The notes under the pieces: model-generated
Told to the model about the DNA's origin: nothing
What the model saw: the letters and a program-made list of their open reading frames with translations, nothing else
The model's database searches: none
Shown here: positions 59,781-64,000 of the stretch, in pieces
Position numbering within the stretch: position 1 is the first letter of the stretch
How the letters are laid out: each line of letters starts with the position of its first letter
NCBI GenBank assembly: GCA_963700635.1
Contig: CAVOYH010000003.1
Span: forward strand, 1,664,001-1,728,000
Direction: 5' to 3'
From: an uncultured Bacteroidota bacterium
Lineage (GTDB): Bacteria > Bacteroidota > Ignavibacteria > UBA10030 > UBA6906
Length of the DNA stretch: 64,000 nucleotides
Translations under genes and position numbers: made by a program

Positions 59781-61280
59781 TTACCACCCGAGACGCGCCT
59801 GAAGAAAGTAGGAACGGGTGTTGACGTAACTGTCGTGCGCGTACGCGGCATCGAGCTGAAGGACCCGGAATATATTCACGCCGATACCCAGCGTCCATTG
59901 CCGGTCGGCCATTCCAAGCCGCCCGGACATCCCGAGTTTCCCTTCCAGGACACCCACACGATACTCCATTCCGATCCGTACTCTGTCAAGGTAGTTCTCA
60001 TATCTGACGTCCCCGGCCGTCAGGTCCGTGATGTCGACGGCGATATCCCACTCCGGTGTGATCGGTTGCCGGGCCCCGATATGGATGAGGAAGGGCAGTT
60101 TCAGATCGAGCGGTGCTTCCATCCTGACCGTTCGTTGCGACACCACAAGCGCAGTATCCCCCGCAGCATTGGTGATGATGTCTCCCGAAGCCGTTCTGGC
60201 GAGTGCGATGCTGGTGGACGCATACGCAGCAGTCCTGGTTGATCGGATGGTCCGGAAGGGGATGATGTTCTGCAGGGATATGCCGACATCCGTTCCGCTC
60301 CCGGGAAAAGTGTAGAGAGCTCCAACGTCGAGGGTGAGGCCGGTAATGCTCTCGGTGAAGTCGTGCCGCACGGCGGAGAGGATTTCATCGAAGTTGTCCG
60401 CGGCGACCCTTTTGTTGGAGAATCTGCGATTCACGATCTTGAATGCTCCCCCGAGGCTCAACCGCTCAGTCACCGGAGTGCCGTAACCGACGGTTCCCAC
60501 CAGGTCAAGATAGGAGACCGCAAACGCCTTGGGCAGAGCGTCTTCGAGTGAGAACGACCCGTTCTCCGTTGTAACCGTCTGGAGGACGGCAGTCAGCTGC
60601 GTCAGGGCCCGTGCAACGCCGGCCCGGTCGTTCAGTGAAACCGGCACGTCAACCCCTGCGAGCGCCTCGACCGTGGCGCTCTGGACCACCTGAAACCCTG
60701 ATTGCAGATTCGCATGGAGGGAAAACCCCCAGTGCCCTACCTGGGCCGTGACGGCCGGGATCACCAGGACGCCGTGTGTCTTGGGGCTGGTGCTCGGACC
60801 GATAACGGTATTGAGCAGGTCCCTCGGGAAGCGTAGACTCTCCTGCAGTGATTGAAGGGCTTTCAGCCTCTGAGCGTCATCGGCAGCGTTTTCGAAAGCG
60901 TCAATCGACCTCTGGATGTCCGAGAGAAATAACGCGTCCTCAAATTCCCTCATGTTCTTCTGGAGGAAGAGAACGGCATCGTAGGTTTCGGTTGGCAGGC
61001 TGGCCTGCACGCTCGGGACTTCGAGGGCGAAGCGTTCGCGGCTGAGGAGGGCGGGATTGTAGGTCAGTGCAGTGAAGGTCGCGCCGAATGCGACCTGCGC
61101 CCGACCCATGCCAATGGCCTTCACGTCTTCACGGTTGACCGATACCGGCATCGCCTGGGCAGGGCAGAGAAGATATTCCGGAGGGAGTTCCGTCCGCGCA
61201 CTGATGTAGTAGCCCTGGGCGAACAGCTGCGACCCGACCAGCATCATCCCCACACAGACCATCCACAGCACACGAGCCAT
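59781..61280 (-). CDS. Putative outer-membrane beta-barrel protein (TraF_2/FadL-PorV-like)
   Basis: Signal peptide, KAIGMGRAQVA...YNPALL, amphipathic strands (LDVGALY, QLDAAYA), terminal W. Confidence 0.6.
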   Translation of the reverse strand: MARVLWMVCVGMMLVGSQLFAQGYYISARTELPPEYLLCPAQAMPVSVNREDVKAIGMGRAQVAFGATFTALTYNPALLSRERFALEVPSVQASLPTETYDAVLFLQKNMREFEDALFLSDIQRSIDAFENAADDAQRLKALQSLQESLRFPRDLLNTVIGPSTSPKTHGVLVIPAVTAQVGHWGFSLHANLQSGFQVVQSATVEALAGVDVPVSLNDRAGVARALTQLTAVLQTVTTENGSFSLEDALPKAFAVSYLDLVGTVGYGTPVTERLSLGGAFKIVNRRFSNKRVAADNFDEILSAVRHDFTESITGLTLDVGALYTFPGSGTDVGISLQNIIPFRTIRSTRTAAYASTSIALARTASGDIITNAAGDTALVVSQRTVRMEAPLDLKLPFLIHIGARQPITPEWDIAVDITDLTAGDVRYENYLDRVRIGMEYRVGVLEGKLGMSGRLGMADRQWTLGIGVNIFRVLQLDAAYAHDSYVNTRSYFLQARLGW

Positions 61281-61376
61281 GCCTTCCTCCCGGGGTTCTC
61301 TCCAAGCAACAAAAAAGAGTGGTGAAGGTCAATCAGTCTCTATTTCTTTTTGAGCGAATTCGGTATATTTGACCGT

Positions 61377-62279
61377 ATGAAGCCGTCGGAACGGACACTG
61401 GTATGGGTCGCATTTGCCATCATCTCAACGGTATGGGGAACGACGTGGCTGGCGATCCGGATCGGCTTGGAAACGGTGCCGCCGTTCCTTTCGGCCGGTC
61501 TCCGGTGTCTCCTTGCGGCCGTCGTTTTATACCTCATTCTCCGGGTTCGCGGCGGCACCATCCCCTTCTCCCGCGAGGCGTGGAAAGTCTACGTATCACT
61601 CGGCGTCCTCACCATCGGCATTCCCTTCGCTCTCATTTACTGGGGGCAGCAGTTCATTCCAACCGGACTCAGCAGCATACTCTTCGGAGCCTTTCCATTC
61701 TGGGTTGCCATCCTCTCTCATTACATGCTTGCAGATGAGCGGCTAAACGTCTATAAGGCTGTCGCAATACTGTTCGGGTTTGCAGGGGTCTTCATCATCT
61801 TCTCCGCCGAAGCGTCATTGCCAGGATCCCGGGGTCTTCTGGGGATGACGGCCGTGCTGATCAGCACGTTCCTCCAGGCCGTCGCGCTTATCCTGATCAA
61901 GAGGTATGGGGAACCTGTCACGCCCTTGGCCATGAACTTTGTCGGCATGACAATGGGCGGAATGATGCTCCTCGTGTTCAGCGCTCTTTTTGAACAGGGA
62001 CAGAGAGTGTTGTGGACCCTACCGGCGATCGGATCGCTGCTCTATCTCTCGCTTGTGGGATCGGTGATCACGTTTCTTGCGTACTTCTGGCTGTTGAAAC
62101 GAATCGAAGCAGTGTATCTTTCACTCTCGAGCTTTATCAATCCGCTTGTTGCCGTCGTGCTGGGCGCACTGGTGTTGGGTGAGCGGCTGCCTCCCACGGT
62201 GTTCTCCGGCGCCGCGCTGGTTCTCATAGGATTGCTGGTCGCAAACGGGAAGGCAATGTATGCACGGATCACGTCGTAA
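61377..62279 (+). CDS. EamA/DMT family transporter
   Basis: VWGTTWLAI.IGLET.PPF, ten TM segments, NPLVAVVLG.LVLGE. Confidence 0.92.
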   Translation: MKPSERTLVWVAFAIISTVWGTTWLAIRIGLETVPPFLSAGLRCLLAAVVLYLILRVRGGTIPFSREAWKVYVSLGVLTIGIPFALIYWGQQFIPTGLSSILFGAFPFWVAILSHYMLADERLNVYKAVAILFGFAGVFIIFSAEASLPGSRGLLGMTAVLISTFLQAVALILIKRYGEPVTPLAMNFVGMTMGGMMLLVFSALFEQGQRVLWTLPAIGSLLYLSLVGSVITFLAYFWLLKRIEAVYLSLSSFINPLVAVVLGALVLGERLPPTVFSGAALVLIGLLVANGKAMYARITS

Positions 62280-64000
62280 CCATTGCGCATGGGGAAATCG
62301 GCGCGCGCCGTGCCGGTTCGTCACTCTCCTTGCGGCTCTTCTCATGACTCTTCCCGTTCGGGGACAGTTTGCCAAGGTCGCCCCGGAACCGGGAGGGGGG
62401 TCATGGCTTGAGGGGACCCGTTCCGGTGAAGCCGTGGACGTCCTTCACTACGACCTGGTTATCCGTCTTTCCATGGTCAACGAGGAGCTGAGCGGCACGG
62501 TGCGCATGACGATCCGCCTCTCCGGCACCCCCGCCGACGGGCAGCTCAGGCTGCATTCGGCGAAGCTGGCGATCGACTCCGGAAGGGTAAACGGCCAACC
62601 CTCGGCCATCACCATTGATACGGTTGGAGAGTCGATCCTCCTGGCGCCCCCTTCCGGCACGATGTTCACGGAAGGGGAGACCCTCGACGTGGCAATCGAC
62701 TACCGGCGAGTGCCCGGCGTAGCGAGACCCAATTCGCGCAGGGGGTACTACTTCTTTACAGACACGCTGGGACTTCCTGCGAATCTCGGGTATACGATGT
62801 CGGAACCATCTGATGCGCGGTTCTGGATGCCCTGTCACGACGAGCCGTGGGACAAAGCCACGGCGGACATTCATGCCAGGGTACCTGACGGATATGTCGC
62901 CGCCTCGAACGGGCGCCTTCTCGGCGTGGAGAACCATCCTGATACGACCGTCACCTGGCACTGGCGGGAGGTTCACCCCATCGTTCCCTACCTGATGTGC
63001 GTCACAGCATCCCGGTTCACCGTCTCGAGTATACCGTTTGAGCGGGCATCAGGTGATACGGTCCCGGTTCAGTACTACGTCTGGCAACCGGACTCCCTTG
63101 AGACTGCCCTCTACCTCCCCACGGTGCGTGCCATGGTTGCACGTCTTTCGGACCTGTTCGGTCCGTATCCATTCGACAAGTATGGCATGACGGCGATTGT
63201 CCCTTTCGGGTATGGAGGGATGGAACACCAGACGATAACGACGATGAACAGGTATCTGAAGACCGACGAAAGTACGGTCCTCCACGAACTTGCGCATCAG
63301 TGGTGGGGGAATCTCGTCACGTGCGCGACCTGGAAAGACATCTGGCTCAACGAGAGTTTTGCCACCTATGCTGAAGCTCTCTGGGCGGAGTCGAAAGGAG
63401 GCGCACAGGCTCTTCGTGCGTACATGACCGACAATCTCGAGCACTTTCAGTACGGATCGTGGCAGGGGGCGGTATACGATCCTGAAGGGCAGGGACTGAA
63501 TCTGTTCGATCTGGTCGTGTACAGCAAAGGTGCGTGGGTTCTCCACATGCTGCGCGGCGTTGTCGGGGACACCGTCTTCTTCGATATCCTCTCGCGCTAT
63601 CGCGACCGGTTCAGCGGAGGCAATGCCACCACTGCTGATTTCGAGGCGGTCGTCGATTCGGTTACCGGAACATCCTCCTCCTGGTTCTTCTCCCAGTGGA
63701 TCTACGGGAATGGATGGCCGAAGTACAGCGTGAGCCACACCTGGACAGGAGATTCGCTGAAGGTGGTGCTGGTGCAGACGCAATCCGCTTCCTGGCCGAC
63801 GTTCCGGATGCCCCTGACGCTCGAAGTCCGTGGTTCAGGGCGCGATACGACATTCGTTGTCAATGCTCAGGATCGTGTTGCCACCTATACAATCCCCCTG
63901 GCGTTTTCGCCCGACACTGTGATTCTCGATCCGGAGCACTGGGTGCTGAAGCAGGTGCAGAATACCACGGTGGCCGTCAGCCAGGAACCGGTTCCCGGTC
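62260..64000 (+). CDS. Secreted M1-family zinc aminopeptidase (3'-truncated by window edge)
   Basis: Absent from ORF track; frame 1 open from ATG 62260: signal peptide ending VRG-Q, DVLHYDL, ARFWMPC.D.P.DKAT, GGMEHQT, HELAHQWWG...WLNESFATY, VYSKGAWVLHMLR. Confidence 0.9.
   Translation, partial: MHGSRRNHCAWGNRRAPCRFVTLLAALLMTLPVRGQFAKVAPEPGGGSWLEGTRSGEAVDVLHYDLVIRLSMVNEELSGTVRMTIRLSGTPADGQLRLHSAKLAIDSGRVNGQPSAITIDTVGESILLAPPSGTMFTEGETLDVAIDYRRVPGVARPNSRRGYYFFTDTLGLPANLGYTMSEPSDARFWMPCHDEPWDKATADIHARVPDGYVAASNGRLLGVENHPDTTVTWHWREVHPIVPYLMCVTASRFTVSSIPFERASGDTVPVQYYVWQPDSLETALYLPTVRAMVARLSDLFGPYPFDKYGMTAIVPFGYGGMEHQTITTMNRYLKTDESTVLHELAHQWWGNLVTCATWKDIWLNESFATYAEALWAESKGGAQALRAYMTDNLEHFQYGSWQGAVYDPEGQGLNLFDLVVYSKGAWVLHMLRGVVGDTVFFDILSRYRDRFSGGNATTADFEAVVDSVTGTSSSWFFSQWIYGNGWPKYSVSHTWTGDSLKVVLVQTQSASWPTFRMPLTLEVRGSGRDTTFVVNAQDRVATYTIPLAFSPDTVILDPEHWVLKQVQNTTVAVSQEPVPG

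Noticed and set aside
59781-61280. Conjugative element implied by TraF-like protein
   Set aside because: No relaxase, T4SS, integrase or att sites; flanked by housekeeping genes.

Overview
GC-rich, gene-dense core-genome window with no prophage, IS, CRISPR, rRNA or tRNA that I could see. T9SS C-terminal domains, a Bacteroidota-type bS22, a long SecA, canonical TTGxxx-17-TAxxxT promoters and strong Shine-Dalgarno sites suggest an Ignavibacteria-like member of Bacteroidota (inference). Content in order: Lhr helicase; a MacAB-like adaptor plus two permeases with no ATPase; thioredoxin-fold proteins; class II RNR (nrdJ) with a long structured leader; acyl-CoA ligase; nuoA-F running into dut; rsmI; a naturally split metH; ferredoxin; queG; trxB; hsp20-hsp20-lon; sppA; HU; bS22; an EF-G paralog; an ECF sigma/anti-sigma locus; secreted peptidases; iscS-like desulfurase; prmA; a glutaminyl-cyclase-like M28 protein; pcm; dacB; secA; glnB; era. 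The most striking element is a gene (43761-45902) encoding a Sec-exported cytochrome c with 8 CxxCH plus 1 CxCH motifs fused to a type IX secretion CTD. It lies behind a sigma54-like promoter with enhancer- and IHF-like sites and is a candidate T9SS-based route for extracellular electron transfer. Four single-base frameshifts at 21.5-26.6 kb look like sequencing errors. All calls come from motif recognition by eye; no searches were run.
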